IMG/VR virus record: IMGVR_UViG_3300042270_000679
DNA: 64,000 nucleotides
From: an uncultured virus (IMG/VR IMGVR_UViG_3300042270_000679)
Lineage: Duplodnaviria > Heunggongvirae > Uroviricota > Caudoviricetes
Direction: 5' to 3' (one strand)
The notes beneath the pieces were generated by a model, which made no database searches, had not been told where the DNA came from, and worked only from the letters and a program-made list of their open reading frames with translations. Of this stretch, positions 9,638 to 20,730 are shown piece by piece. Within the stretch, counting starts at the first letter, position 1. Each line of letters starts with the position of its first letter. The translations under genes and the position numbers were made by a program.

Positions 9638-12106
9638 TTACTCTATTTGTTTTGGTAGCCACTCCCAGAGCCTTAAGTCCTCTTGCCCTAGTGACCACAT
9701 ACACATGCCACGAAGTTTCCACCGATAAGCCGCTTCATTTGCCCAGTACACAAGGCTATCAACGTCTTGATAATAAAGAATGGAAAATCCGTCACCATCA
9801 CCTAAGAAAATACGAGATATCCAGATGTTAATATCCCTTGGAATGATGGTGACACTGTAGTCATTTCCACACTGAATAGATGGCATCATATCTGAATGAA
9901 AAAAATCATAATCTAGGGAGATGCTTTCACTTCTTGTGGCTGATTCTTCAAGGTCTGCTGTTAAAGTAAATACTTGAAACTCATCATCCCAAGAACAGTT
10001 ACTTCTTGATAGCCGACCATAAGTTTTAAATGCTCCATCAGGCATAAGTACGTCAAAGCGTTCATAAGGCTCATAGGTCCAGGCATCGCCTAAGCGAAGC
10101 AACTGGCAATGGACTTTATTATCCGAACGAATACCTGCATAACCCGTTACATCCGAACAAGTGGCTATAAAGCGCAGTGTATTGGATGCAGAGGAATAAA
10201 CCCGCACTTGATTGCCACGCTTTCGTATTTCTAGGGTATAAAAGCTTGGATTCGATCGAATGTTTGCGGCCGATGTTTTTGAAAAGCTGGTGGCATAACT
10301 ACCTTTTAAAGTAGAACCTTCATACAGTTCAATACGCTGGTTATCATAATTAAAGCAACAATAAATCGTTCCAATAAAAACACCTGCCTTGCCACTAAAG
10401 GTCTCAGGAAAAATAATCTGCGCCCTTAAATGGATGTCTGAAAAATTGTTGTAGTTCCATGCTAACTGACCCTTACCCTCCAGTTGGGAATAGGGTCTAT
10501 TCATCGAACTGCTTGTATCTTGCCACACACTCCATTCCCCCGATAATGTTGTCCAGTAGCTTTGGGGGAGAGGGTTATCATCTCTAAAATCCTCATACCA
10601 CACAAGGGCAGAATCTGCTTTTCTTCTAAGCATCTCAAGCGTCAACTTAAAACCAGTTGCAGGCCCTACCATGTCACCATTCACATCTTTGAAGTGTCTA
10701 GGCGCAAGAGTAAATTCTGCTTCACCAACTGTTGGCTCCTCAGAAAATGAAGAACAGACTCTAAATCCATAAAACTGTGCACCCTTTGCCCCAAGCGAAA
10801 TGGTGATGGTATGTGTTCCTTGAGAAAGGCTCACTCCTTTTTTCAGTACCGTCCAGAAAGTCGTTCTCCAATAAGGCCACCACAGTCTGTTTTCAGAAAA
10901 ATCTACTTCATTTCCATCAAGGGAGATGTGAATACTATTCTTATCCCAAAAGGGAAAGCCTAGCTTTACTGCTACATCATAAGTTCCTGCCTGAGCAAGC
11001 GTGAAATGATAGGTTGCCGCACCTTCATCCCCCAGTGTTGTGACGCTATTAGAAACAGAAACAACACCAGAATAACTATCCGGCATGGCATCATGATCCA
11101 CATAAACAGTTCCAAAGGCTAACTTTTGTTGTTTGCCATAGGCCGTCAGATACTGTCTGCCATTGTAGCTTGCAGATAAGAGTGGATAGCTATAGCGAGT
11201 GGCATCTCTTCCTTCCATATAGTCGTACACATGAGGCAATGCCCAAGGCACTTTATTATCATCATCCCAGTAAGCTACGATTGGAATAAAAGGTTGAGGA
11301 GGAGCATCGTCTGTGAAATTATAGACTCCTGTCATCCAGTATTTTGCAGCATAGTAGGTATGAGATGTTCCCCGATAGGCCTTTCCTAAGTTCTCTGGGG
11401 TATCATAGATTTGCCAGTTCCAGCCGTAAGCTGGCATCCCAAGGAAAATTTTATCTGAATTCATCACTGTAACGGCATAATCATAAATACCCTCAAGCCA
11501 ACTTCTAGGAGAAACAGGACCAGGAGCAGATCCCGCCCAAGCCATACCATAACTCATGATAGAAGCCGTATCACAATAAGGGGAGAGGTCACCATAAACA
11601 CACCAGTTTTCCCCGCCGACTGAACCGTTGACACTCGTCATTCCTGGAAGGCAGATGTTCACAAGCTTGTTAGAATCATAGCCTTTGATAGTGTTGTAGA
11701 TATTACGAAACATTGCTGTTGATGCTGCATGAGTGGAATAGTCATCGCCTTTTTCAAGGTCAATATCAATACCATCACACCAAGGATACTTCTTCATAAT
11801 GCGAATAATTTCTGATAAGAACATATCCTGCGCCCCATTTGTATTGTCTCTTAGTGCTCTGAAAATACTGTTTGCTCCATCGTTGGCGATGGTTAGTAGC
11901 CATTTGATATGAGGGTAACGCTGAATATAAGTCAGCATACTGCTAATGGTGACTCCCGTTTCATAGATTTCTCCGGTGGCACGAACCTTAAAGGAAAACA
12001 GACCAATCGTATCAATTCTGTCACCATACTTTTGTAAGGCCTCATACATTCTTGCATTACCCATAAATGTCCACACCATAATTTTCTTGCCTTTTAATTT
12101 ATCCAT
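9638..12106 (-). CDS. GH18 glycosyl hydrolase with large internal insertion (tail-associated)
   Basis: DGIDIDLE catalytic motif, IMSY, LGMPAYG, C-terminal GMCMWSLGQED. Confidence 0.88.
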   Translation of the reverse strand: MDKLKGKKIMVWTFMGNARMYEALQKYGDRIDTIGLFSFKVRATGEIYETGVTISSMLTYIQRYPHIKWLLTIANDGANSIFRALRDNTNGAQDMFLSEIIRIMKKYPWCDGIDIDLEKGDDYSTHAASTAMFRNIYNTIKGYDSNKLVNICLPGMTSVNGSVGGENWCVYGDLSPYCDTASIMSYGMAWAGSAPGPVSPRSWLEGIYDYAVTVMNSDKIFLGMPAYGWNWQIYDTPENLGKAYRGTSHTYYAAKYWMTGVYNFTDDAPPQPFIPIVAYWDDDNKVPWALPHVYDYMEGRDATRYSYPLLSASYNGRQYLTAYGKQQKLAFGTVYVDHDAMPDSYSGVVSVSNSVTTLGDEGAATYHFTLAQAGTYDVAVKLGFPFWDKNSIHISLDGNEVDFSENRLWWPYWRTTFWTVLKKGVSLSQGTHTITISLGAKGAQFYGFRVCSSFSEEPTVGEAEFTLAPRHFKDVNGDMVGPATGFKLTLEMLRRKADSALVWYEDFRDDNPLPQSYWTTLSGEWSVWQDTSSSMNRPYSQLEGKGQLAWNYNNFSDIHLRAQIIFPETFSGKAGVFIGTIYCCFNYDNQRIELYEGSTLKGSYATSFSKTSAANIRSNPSFYTLEIRKRGNQVRVYSSASNTLRFIATCSDVTGYAGIRSDNKVHCQLLRLGDAWTYEPYERFDVLMPDGAFKTYGRLSRSNCSWDDEFQVFTLTADLEESATRSESISLDYDFFHSDMMPSIQCGNDYSVTIIPRDINIWISRIFLGDGDGFSILYYQDVDSLVYWANEAAYRWKLRGMCMWSLGQEDLRLWEWLPKQIE

Positions 12107-12690
12107 TAGAATGGCTCACCTCCTTCTTGCATTTCCTGCATCGTAAATAGCACCCTTGCAGACTTCCCTTTTTCAAGGGTCACTTTGTGCTTTGAGTCCC
12201 AGGCGGCACTGTATTGATAGAACCCCTCTTTGGGTTCGCTTGCTCCGTTTTTGGTACATGCTCGTGTAGATGCTAGGAGCGCCAAATCAACATCTTTTTC
12301 AATGGTTCCAGGGAAGGAGACCTGTTGCCCTCCTATACCTTGGCTTAGTTTCACTGTTCCAGCAGACATAGAAAGCTTTGGATAGATATGAATATCAAGT
12401 CCTGCAGAGGTTTCACCAACATTAAATAAAATAATGGTTTCCTCTGAACGGACCACACCGTTAAACCAAACAGGATTCTTGATACTGCCATCTTCCTTTA
12501 GTTTTTCTAACCTGCTCTCTGTATGAGGTGCATAACCATTTAGAACAGGTCCTTCTTGTAACTGGATGTCCGTAAACCAAATCATGCCAGTGCAATCATA
12601 GAGGGTAGGTTTTATGCTTACACTCATGACACGATTATCTTGTTTTTTATTTATGACTTCTGCCAACCTTATAAATTTAACCTTAGCCAT
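12106..12690 (-). CDS. Hypothetical tail-region protein
   Basis: Coupled ORF with FTDIQLQEG beta-sandwich-like motif. Confidence 0.7.
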   Translation of the reverse strand: MAKVKFIRLAEVINKKQDNRVMSVSIKPTLYDCTGMIWFTDIQLQEGPVLNGYAPHTESRLEKLKEDGSIKNPVWFNGVVRSEETIILFNVGETSAGLDIHIYPKLSMSAGTVKLSQGIGGQQVSFPGTIEKDVDLALLASTRACTKNGASEPKEGFYQYSAAWDSKHKVTLEKGKSARVLFTMQEMQEGGEPF

Positions 12691-12883
12691 CTAACGTCCA
12701 CCTTATTTCACAGGGATGACCTACCCATCCTGTCGACACCAAACCCGCCTGTAAAAAGAGATCTGTAATATAAAAAGTGCCTGCGCAATTGGTGACACAG
12801 ACACGGATGGTGATGGATTTTACTTTTGAGGAATAGCTTTCTGGAAGTATCTTTTCTGATGTTCTTGAAAAATAAGCCACCAA
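12683..12883 (-). CDS. Small hypothetical tail-region protein
   Basis: Coupled ORF; N-terminal similarity to the downstream protein (FYITDLFLQAG vs FTDIQLQEG). Confidence 0.6.
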   Translation of the reverse strand: MVAYFSRTSEKILPESYSSKVKSITIRVCVTNCAGTFYITDLFLQAGLVSTGWVGHPCEIRWTLDG

Positions 12884-12892
12884 TCCACCCCC

Positions 12893-15371
12893 TTAATACA
12901 AATCAATAAATCTTGTTTCTGTCGTTCCATCTTCGTATTCAATAACCACTTCAATACCAACCTGTGAGTCGCTACTCAGCTTTTCTAGGTTTTCAGATGC
13001 GATTTGTGCCGAGAGTGTGTAGCTAGAACGATTCGCTGGATAAATGCTCTGAGCCATGCTCTTTGTCATATTTGCTACCCCCATCGCCTTAAACGATGTC
13101 GTACCACTCACGCCCATCATCACCACGAGAATTTCGAAGCAGATTAAAAGGTACCATTTCACGGATATCATTGTTTGTAACCATACTTGTGCCTTCAAGA
13201 GAATCTGCCACGTTGTCCCACTGGCTTGCAGAACTGCCTAAGTTTTTAAGCGTTGTGGATAGTTCTAGCACCGTATTCCAAGGCTCCTGCAAGTTATATT
13301 CTCTTCGAATGACACGAGTCGTCACCGACAATCCTAAATCTTTATCCTCTACATGAACATAATCACCAAGCGACCATGCTTCATGCTCATAACCTGTTAA
13401 TACCGATAAATCCATTGCATTTAGTACATAAGAGATATTTGGTTTGGCATACTGAGCAAGTCGCATCTCGGTATACTCCTTCATTTGATAAGGGTTCGTA
13501 AAGGAGGAGCAGTCAAGCGTTGAGATGCGAATATCTGAAGAATAGGTGAAATCCTCAACATAAGGTTTTCCATTATTAATATCTGCAAAGGTTAATCCAT
13601 CACTACCAACGGCATAAAGCCTTGTAACGAGGCTTCTGGTATCAACCACTCTTTTAATGCTTTTCATATTTTTCTTATAGGCAAACAAGGCCCCACTATC
13701 TATGCCGTTGACGGTTAGAAGATGCACCAGTCGATTAGGGCAATCAAAGACAAGGTCACCACCATGTAAGTCAGCCACACTACGAAGTATGGATAAGGCA
13801 CTCTTTTCTGTACTTGTCCAAGTTCTCTTGGTTCTCACATTTACTGTGCCCACACCCCACTCCGTACCTTCTAGTGCATAAGCCATTGCAACCTCAGCGG
13901 TTTCCGCCTCAAATTTATGTTCTTCTTTTCGCACAGAGAATGTTAAATCGTAAAACTCTGCCTCTGCATAAACTTCCGTTGCAAGATTGCCTTCGCTGTC
14001 TTTGGTATCCGTCATGGTTCTGACTTTATAGATGTCGTCAACAATCTGAATTTTCTTTTCGCTATCGATAAACATCCTCTTTGGATCACGATAGGGAATC
14101 ATAAAGGAAAGCGTATCCTCTCCATTGATTTCACTCGTAACAACTATGTTATAGGCGTTTTCTAGAATAGCCTCCCAACCCCCGTTTCGATCAAGGACTA
14201 CCGGTCTTGCAAAGCCAATCTTCTCATGAGGGGGTTTTGGAATGTCATAGAGCCTAATATCGATGATCCGGGGGGTTTTACTCGTATCCGTGGTAGTAAG
14301 CGTAATTCTAAAACGAATGAATTCCTTATTAGGAGACTCAAGTTTTCCGTCTGCTGCAATGGCAATCCAGTCACTCCAGATAACAAGGTCATCACTTGTA
14401 GAAGTTTCTATCACACTAACTGCTGTAACCCCTGAAATATATTCACTGGTCACCGATACTCTACCAGTACCAGATAGGTTACAAGATGCTGGAGCTGTAT
14501 AGAGAGTTCCCTCCGTGGGATAGACACCAATCGCTGCCCTTAACGTAACTATGCCAGACTCTGTAATCGCATCAACATTTGCACTTGTATCACCACCATT
14601 GGCACATAAGGATGAATTAAAATAATCAATCAAATCGCCTGTTTTGAGATTAGAATCCATATCAAAAAACCAATCATCAAATCGTCCTGCATACCAATAA
14701 GCATCTGCTTGCATCCCCATAATGATGTCAGCAGTGCAGGAAGGGTTTAGCGTACCCGTAAAGGAGTAGGTCGGTGATACCCAGCTTACCCCACTATTCC
14801 AATCACCAAGTACGATATTTGCATTTTTATTACTTGGCTCTATCACCACGCAAATAAAATACACACCGCCATTGATCAGGGAAAAAGGTGGTGTCGTAGT
14901 TTGGTCTAGTATCAAAGATCCGCTCGAGTTGTACAACATGATTCTTGGCCGGCCTGCAAAAAGGGAAAAATAAAAAATAGGCTGGCCAGGACCATAACGG
15001 GTGTTGAATATGGGACAATAAGTATTTCCTACAGAGTAGGTAGTAGGAATCATCCAACCGCCAATGATAATTCGTTCTCCCATTTCAGAGAAGAACGTAC
15101 CATCATTGGTCACCTTAAGGTAAGTCCTTTCTATTGAAGGATTATTGATATTAATACGGATTTGTCCACCTTTTTGGCCACTTTGAAGTCTTGCCGTTGT
15201 TCCTTCATAGTTTACAATCTGTATTTTTCTATCTAATCCAGAAGAGTCTAAAAGACAGTTGTTTTCATCGACAGATAAATCATTAAACCGCCAAAGACCG
15301 GATTTAGCATACTCAACTGGAAACTCACCCGTAAAATCTGTTTGTTTATTTAAGATTGTTTTAAGTGCCAC
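12893..15371 (-). pseudogene. Tail-tip/spike protein (ConA-like N-terminus plus prophage tail endopeptidase-like domain), frameshifted near 13115
   Basis: ORF 13089-15371 ends NLLRNSRGDDG-REWYDIV*, while an overlapping frame continues GVSGTTSFKA...ETRFIDLY* with no RBS of its own. Confidence 0.7.
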
Positions 15372-15375
15372 AATA

Positions 15376-16152
15376 TCACCTCCATCGGCTGCGAGCCTTT
15401 ATTTCAAGTTCTATAAAGACAGCATTATTGCTTGTTATGGTAATGGCATTAGACCCTACACTCAGTTTTGGGAATTCTATCTCTTCAAGGTAAGGCAGCG
15501 CATTTCTTAAGGTTACTCCGTTTTCATCTTCCACATAGGCTGTCATCTTTTCTGTATCCAGCACAAGAACTTCTCCTGAAGAAAGCATTGCATTTACGAT
15601 TCTTATTTCTAAATCATTCGTTAATATAGAAATGTAATTATTTGAACTTGAAGTGATGACTGCCTTTAAGCGATAGATTGGATTGGATTCTACATTGCCG
15701 GTCTGCCTCGTAACCGTATGGTTGCCTTCACTTTCTATCGAATAGACTTCATCCGTAATCGCATAAGCAAAGGGATCGGGACAGAAAAACTTCAAGTTGA
15801 AACTTCCTGCAGAGCGAAGAAGTCTTTCGCAGTCAACTTTATCGTTCAGTCTTGCCATAAAATATCGGTCAGGTACATCATCAAAGATAAGCTGTTTTAA
15901 CCCTTGCATAGGATCTAGCCAAGTAGCAATATCATCAAGGGTGTTTACAAGTGATGAAAAACTATTCTTTGGATAGATATTGCAAGACACATTGATTTCA
16001 CGATAGTCAAAATCGGCTCCAAAGTCTGTGACACCATACTTGCCCGGTACAGTGGTTGTAAAATTACGCATGCCTCCGCAGACCTGCCAGGAAGTGAGCC
16101 TAGCTTTTAGACCCATACTCTTTGAAGAAATATCATTATATGAAAAACCCAT
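15376..16152 (-). CDS. Distal tail protein (Dit)
   Basis: LIFDDVPDRYFMA, F.CPDPFAY; follows the tape measure gene. Confidence 0.88.
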   Translation of the reverse strand: MGFSYNDISSKSMGLKARLTSWQVCGGMRNFTTTVPGKYGVTDFGADFDYREINVSCNIYPKNSFSSLVNTLDDIATWLDPMQGLKQLIFDDVPDRYFMARLNDKVDCERLLRSAGSFNLKFFCPDPFAYAITDEVYSIESEGNHTVTRQTGNVESNPIYRLKAVITSSSNNYISILTNDLEIRIVNAMLSSGEVLVLDTEKMTAYVEDENGVTLRNALPYLEEIEFPKLSVGSNAITITSNNAVFIELEIKARSRWR

Positions 16153-16164
16153 AGGCACACCTCC

Positions 16165-18771
16165 TTATGTTGTTGAAAATCGGCCCTGAGCACGAGAGCC
16201 TGTCTGAATCAAGTTATAGAGCTCCTGAGATACCCTTCTGATATCATCTTCACTTCGTACATTCATCTGCTGTACGGTAACTAGCGAACCACTGATACCG
16301 CCAAGGGAAGAGGTCGCAGCATTTGAAATCACACCACCGACTGAAGTATCCACTGAAAAGTCTGTTGGTAAAGATGTGCCCATATCACTAGCAAGATTCG
16401 TCATTACATCATTAATGTCTTCACTCATCATTTCAGCTGCTTTTACAGCCTCATCGCCATTATCTTGGATGGACCCTGCAAGACCTTTTACGAGCATCTC
16501 ACCAACCCAACCCATCTGTTTCGATGGCGATTTGATACCAAAGAAATCCTTGATACCATTCCAAATGCCACCTATCCAACCACTGACCTTATTCCATAGC
16601 CAAGAAGCAAGGGATTGAATGCCCTGCCATAAACCTTTTACAATATTGCCGCCAACCGACACGATTGAACCCATAGAGTTTGTAAAGGCTCTTACAAGGC
16701 CACCAATAATCTGAGGGACGGCTTTCACTATCTCTACAATAATGGTCGGTAAGTTCTGAATCAGGGCTACAAATAGTTGAACACCCGCCATAATGATCTT
16801 GTCGATGTTTCCCATTAAGGCATTTACAATACTTGAAATGATTTGAGGTATCGCTGCAACAATGGTGGTAATAATGGTCGGTAGATTTTGAACTAGTGCA
16901 ACAAGTAAGTCGACACCCGCTTGAATCAGTTGTGGGATCGAACTTAAGATCCCATTCAATATTCCATCAATAATCTGTGGAATCGCCTCTACAATAGCCG
17001 TAATAATTTCAGGCAAGGCTGTAACCAGCGATGTTAGTAACTGAATACCTGCATCTATAATCTGAGGAATTGACGTAATGATGAAATCAACGATTGCCAA
17101 AATAATCGTAGGGAGAGTCTCAATTAGTTGCGGGATCGCTTCGAGTAGCCCCTGAGCCAAACCAAGTATTAACTGCAGTGCTGCATCGAGCAGCTTGGGT
17201 AGATTATCAACCAAACCTTGCACAATCGTAGTAATTGCATTAACTGCCGCAGGAATCAGTTCTGGCATTGCCTGCCCAAGACCATCCACTAAAGTTGCAA
17301 TTAACTGGACGGCTGCATCCACTAGCAGTGGTAAGTTTTCAATCAAGGCATTCACAATCGTAAGGATGGAATCAACCGCTACCGGTATTAAGGTAGGTAA
17401 TAGGTTCATCAGTGCGTTCAGTACCTGAGTAAATAAATCTGTCACCGTAGCAAGCAGTGTCGGTAACAAATCAGAAACCGCATCCAATAATGCTTCAATG
17501 GCTATGGGCAGGGCCTTTACGATATTTTCAATCACTGGAGTAATGTTTTTTACCACCGACTGAAAGGCATCCACCATGTTTTTACTGAGTTGTTCCATAT
17601 CCGCATCGGCATTTCCAAAACCAACTAAAAGATTTTGCAAAGCAGATTCAAAAGCATTCAAGGACCCTGAAATAGTCTCCTCTGCCTCAAGAGCAGTCGT
17701 ACCAGCAATGCCCATGCTTTCTTGAATGACATGGATGGCAGAAACTACATCGGCATAAGAAGAAACATCATACTCAATACCAGAGATGGCCTCGGCATCA
17801 GCAAGGAGTCGCTCCATTTCACTTTTTGTACCACCATATCCAAGTTTTAGGTTGTCTAGCATGGTGTAATTTTGCTTGGCAAAACCCTGATAGGCATTTT
17901 GAATGGACTCCATGTCTGTACCCATTTTGTTGGCATTATCAGACATATCGGTAATCGCCATATCCGCATACTTGACAGCTTTTTCTGTATCCCCTCCAAG
18001 GGAAGAGATAAGACTCGCTGAAAATGAAGTCACTGTTTCCATGTAATCATTTGCAGAAAGTCCTGCTGTCTTATAGGCATTCGAAGCGTATTCTTGTAAC
18101 TGCAGGGAGTTCTCTTGAAAGAGTGTATCGACACCGCCGACCAATTGCTCATAATCGGCATAAGCAGTGATGACTTCTTTACCAAGCTTGACAGCCGCAG
18201 CACCTGCTGCAACAGCAACTGCACCCATTGCCACACCAATAGTCTTTAATGTTGTACCGAGACCCTTAAATTTGCTTTCCGATTTTTCAGCCGAGTCACC
18301 TGCATCGTCAAGTTCATCACCCATTTGATCAGCACGGTTTGTCACATCGCCCATCTCTTGACCCATGTCATCGAGAGCATTCTCGGCGTCATCGTAGTTG
18401 GTATTTGCTTCTTCTAGTGCCGAATTATTTTTTTGTAGTTCTCGCTCCATACCGTTTAGAGCAGCCTCTGCGTTATTTAGCTGAATCTGCCAATTTTGAG
18501 TCCTTCTATCGGTTTCTCCAAAGGAAGTGGCCGCATTTTCTAGAGCGGACCGCAAGGTTTCAATTTTGCTTTTTTGAGTTTCTATTTCTTTATTGAGTAC
18601 AGAGTTTCTGGCGGAAAGAGCCTGGACAGACTTATCATTTTTATCAAACTCTGAGGCCACTAGTTTCATTTCAGAACCTAGTACTTTGAAGGAACGATTA
18701 ATATCTGTTAAAGCCTTTTTAAATTCCTTCTCGCCTTCAAGACCAATTTTTAAGCCGAAATTATCTGCCAT
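16165..18771 (-). CDS. Tail tape measure protein
   Basis: N-terminal coiled coil, NYTMLDNLKLGYGG, periodic LP.II amphipathic repeats, FGIKSPS. Confidence 0.93.
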   Translation of the reverse strand: MADNFGLKIGLEGEKEFKKALTDINRSFKVLGSEMKLVASEFDKNDKSVQALSARNSVLNKEIETQKSKIETLRSALENAATSFGETDRRTQNWQIQLNNAEAALNGMERELQKNNSALEEANTNYDDAENALDDMGQEMGDVTNRADQMGDELDDAGDSAEKSESKFKGLGTTLKTIGVAMGAVAVAAGAAAVKLGKEVITAYADYEQLVGGVDTLFQENSLQLQEYASNAYKTAGLSANDYMETVTSFSASLISSLGGDTEKAVKYADMAITDMSDNANKMGTDMESIQNAYQGFAKQNYTMLDNLKLGYGGTKSEMERLLADAEAISGIEYDVSSYADVVSAIHVIQESMGIAGTTALEAEETISGSLNAFESALQNLLVGFGNADADMEQLSKNMVDAFQSVVKNITPVIENIVKALPIAIEALLDAVSDLLPTLLATVTDLFTQVLNALMNLLPTLIPVAVDSILTIVNALIENLPLLVDAAVQLIATLVDGLGQAMPELIPAAVNAITTIVQGLVDNLPKLLDAALQLILGLAQGLLEAIPQLIETLPTIILAIVDFIITSIPQIIDAGIQLLTSLVTALPEIITAIVEAIPQIIDGILNGILSSIPQLIQAGVDLLVALVQNLPTIITTIVAAIPQIISSIVNALMGNIDKIIMAGVQLFVALIQNLPTIIVEIVKAVPQIIGGLVRAFTNSMGSIVSVGGNIVKGLWQGIQSLASWLWNKVSGWIGGIWNGIKDFFGIKSPSKQMGWVGEMLVKGLAGSIQDNGDEAVKAAEMMSEDINDVMTNLASDMGTSLPTDFSVDTSVGGVISNAATSSLGGISGSLVTVQQMNVRSEDDIRRVSQELYNLIQTGSRAQGRFSTT

Positions 18772-18788
18772 GCTTTCCACCTCCTTTG

Positions 18789-18991
18789 TCAGATTCCGTC
18801 TGGGATAATGTCATCGATAAATATCTCCCTTTTGGGTTTTGCCAGACCGTGATATTGTTTGTGGCATTCCCATAAATCTAAGAGCAAACCAAACGGCATC
18901 AGCCAAAATTCATCCGTAGTCAGATGTAAGATGCTGATGCCGTAATATAAAAGCCTCGTAAATAGCTCTTCGTCACTTACGGGGCTACTGC
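18789..18991 (-). CDS. -1 frameshift extension of the tail assembly chaperone (gpGT-like)
   Basis: Open -1 frame RSSPVSDEELFTRLLYYG...DDIIPDGI* fills the gap to the tape measure gene. Confidence 0.7.
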
Positions 18992-19360
18992 GTTTTTTGA
19001 GCTTTCCTCACTGATTACATTTCTTTTTGCACCTTTATAAAGAGCATTCATGATTGACTCTTTATACTCTGCTAAATCAATGGGAGTTGTAAGAATTTCC
19101 ACTTCATCTTCTGTCAGCAATTCCTTTGGTGCATCCTTGTGCTTAATGTTATGGACAAGGATACTCTGATTGGCAAGCAAGGTAATCAGCCATACAATCT
19201 CTGAAAGTGCCATTTCCACATTCTCCGACTTCATTAACTTATCGCCTAGATTTTCAAGGCCACCATAGCGCCCTGCAATCTCTTTTGTTGCCTTTGTAGT
19301 AAGAAGTAACACATATTCATCGCCACCAATATTAATGGTTGCTGTTCTTTCGTTATACAT
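18977..19360 (-). CDS. Tail assembly chaperone (gpG-like)
   Basis: Between major tail and tape measure genes; slippery A AAA AAC at 18998-18992. Confidence 0.85.
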   Translation of the reverse strand: MYNERTATINIGGDEYVLLLTTKATKEIAGRYGGLENLGDKLMKSENVEMALSEIVWLITLLANQSILVHNIKHKDAPKELLTEDEVEILTTPIDLAEYKESIMNALYKGAKRNVISEESSKNAVAP

Positions 19361-19363
19361 CGC

Positions 19364-19957
19364 TTAGACCCCCGTAACTGTGTAATCCGGTTCGTAGACT
19401 TCTGTATACCAGCCACTAATAACGGATGCCGGTACATCCTTATCGCCTTCGGTCACTTCTGCTTTCCACGGATGCTTTCCATTGGTATCTGCTTTGTTTC
19501 TTCTTAGAACCGTTCCTTCAACAGTCGGTGTTGAAAATGTGATGCTATCACCCTTTGTCGCAAGATTTGTAGATGGAATACCGAATTTTACTCGGTAGAG
19601 CCAGTAGTATTTATACTTGCCATTGGATTTCTTTGCTCTAAAACCAACAGCTACTGGATCTCCGCCATCTTCACTGTTAGAAACTACAACGTTGTTAGTA
19701 TCAACGGTGACACCCGTTAAGGCGGCCGCAGTAGCTGAACCAATATCATCAACACCAAGGGAAATGGTGCCATTCTTAAATTCTTTGACGATTTCTGCAG
19801 CACCGTCGTCCGCATACAAAGTTGCTTCTGCTAGTTCAACAGATAACTCTGCTGAGATTGCCTTGGCAAGCTGTGTAGGCGTTCCATAGATTTCCTCGCC
19901 ATTTTCATCATCTGTGATGGTCGCATAATAAAGTTTATCAAGACCAATTGTTGCCAT
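19364..19957 (-). CDS. Major tail protein (phi13 family)
   Basis: MATIGLDKLYYA, LYADDG, YWLYRVKF. Confidence 0.92.
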   Translation of the reverse strand: MATIGLDKLYYATITDDENGEEIYGTPTQLAKAISAELSVELAEATLYADDGAAEIVKEFKNGTISLGVDDIGSATAAALTGVTVDTNNVVVSNSEDGGDPVAVGFRAKKSNGKYKYYWLYRVKFGIPSTNLATKGDSITFSTPTVEGTVLRRNKADTNGKHPWKAEVTEGDKDVPASVISGWYTEVYEPDYTVTGV

Positions 19958-19960
19958 AGT

Positions 19961-20302
19961 TTATTCCTCCATTTCATAGTATTTGGCCACATCCACGTTA
20001 TAGTGGTGATAGCCTGTATCATCTTCAAAGCCGATGTAGCTGCGTGCGGTTATCGTAAAATTGGAAGTCAACAGCATCTGCACAATTTGATTCTTGAGTG
20101 CTGTGTAACTTCCTTTGGTATAGAGTGAAATCCGAGCCTCCTGAACATCAATACGTGGCATGTTATCCGAGTGAAGGTCAAAGGTATCACTCATTGGAAC
20201 AATCACAATATAGTTAGAAGGAGCAGACTCTGAAAACACCCCTGTTTCAATTGGAATATTGAGTGTTTCTAAAACAAGCTGTAAGTCCTCTAAAATACTC
20301 AT
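19961..20302 (-). CDS. Putative tail terminator protein
   Basis: Position and size; EDDTGYHH motif. Confidence 0.7.
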   Translation of the reverse strand: MSILEDLQLVLETLNIPIETGVFSESAPSNYIVIVPMSDTFDLHSDNMPRIDVQEARISLYTKGSYTALKNQIVQMLLTSNFTITARSYIGFEDDTGYHHYNVDVAKYYEMEE

Positions 20303-20730
20303 ATTTTTTTGACCTCCTCTTCAAAAGTGCTTTTCATAACCGAGATACACTCTGATTTGGATGCACTTTTAGCAGGTTTCAAAAAAGGTTTCGCAGGTTG
20401 ACCGTGTTTACCATATTCAAGGATGTTGGCTAATTTTGCATTACTCTCACCATCAGACCTTGGTTCAGAAAATCCGATTTTTATATTGTGGTTTCCATTC
20501 CTATCTAACCGTACTGAAGTAACACCCTGTGCTTTTTCCAGTTCACCCGTTGAGCGTGATTCATGTTTTGTACCTTTACCAATTACTGCAGATAGATTAC
20601 TTTTCGTTCTCTTAAAGACAACTTCGCCACCTGCTTTTAGTACCTTTTCTACAACCGGATCAAAGTCAGAGCCAAGCTTTGAAACCTTCAGTAAAAAATC
20701 ATCGGGCATCTTAATATCAACTTTTGCCAA
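20299..20730 (-). CDS. HK97 gp10-like neck protein
   Basis: TGEL, LEYG...QPAKPFLKPA. Confidence 0.88.
   Translation of the reverse strand: MAKVDIKMPDDFLLKVSKLGSDFDPVVEKVLKAGGEVVFKRTKSNLSAVIGKGTKHESRSTGELEKAQGVTSVRLDRNGNHNIKIGFSEPRSDGESNAKLANILEYGKHGQPAKPFLKPAKSASKSECISVMKSTFEEEVKKI

Noticed and set aside
9638..15371. Diversity-generating retroelement or shufflon acting on tail genes
   Set aside because: No reverse transcriptase, template/variable repeat pair or inverted cassettes seen
16600..17560. Periodic repeats in the tape measure gene as a DNA repeat element
   Set aside because: Explained by ordinary amphipathic protein repeats
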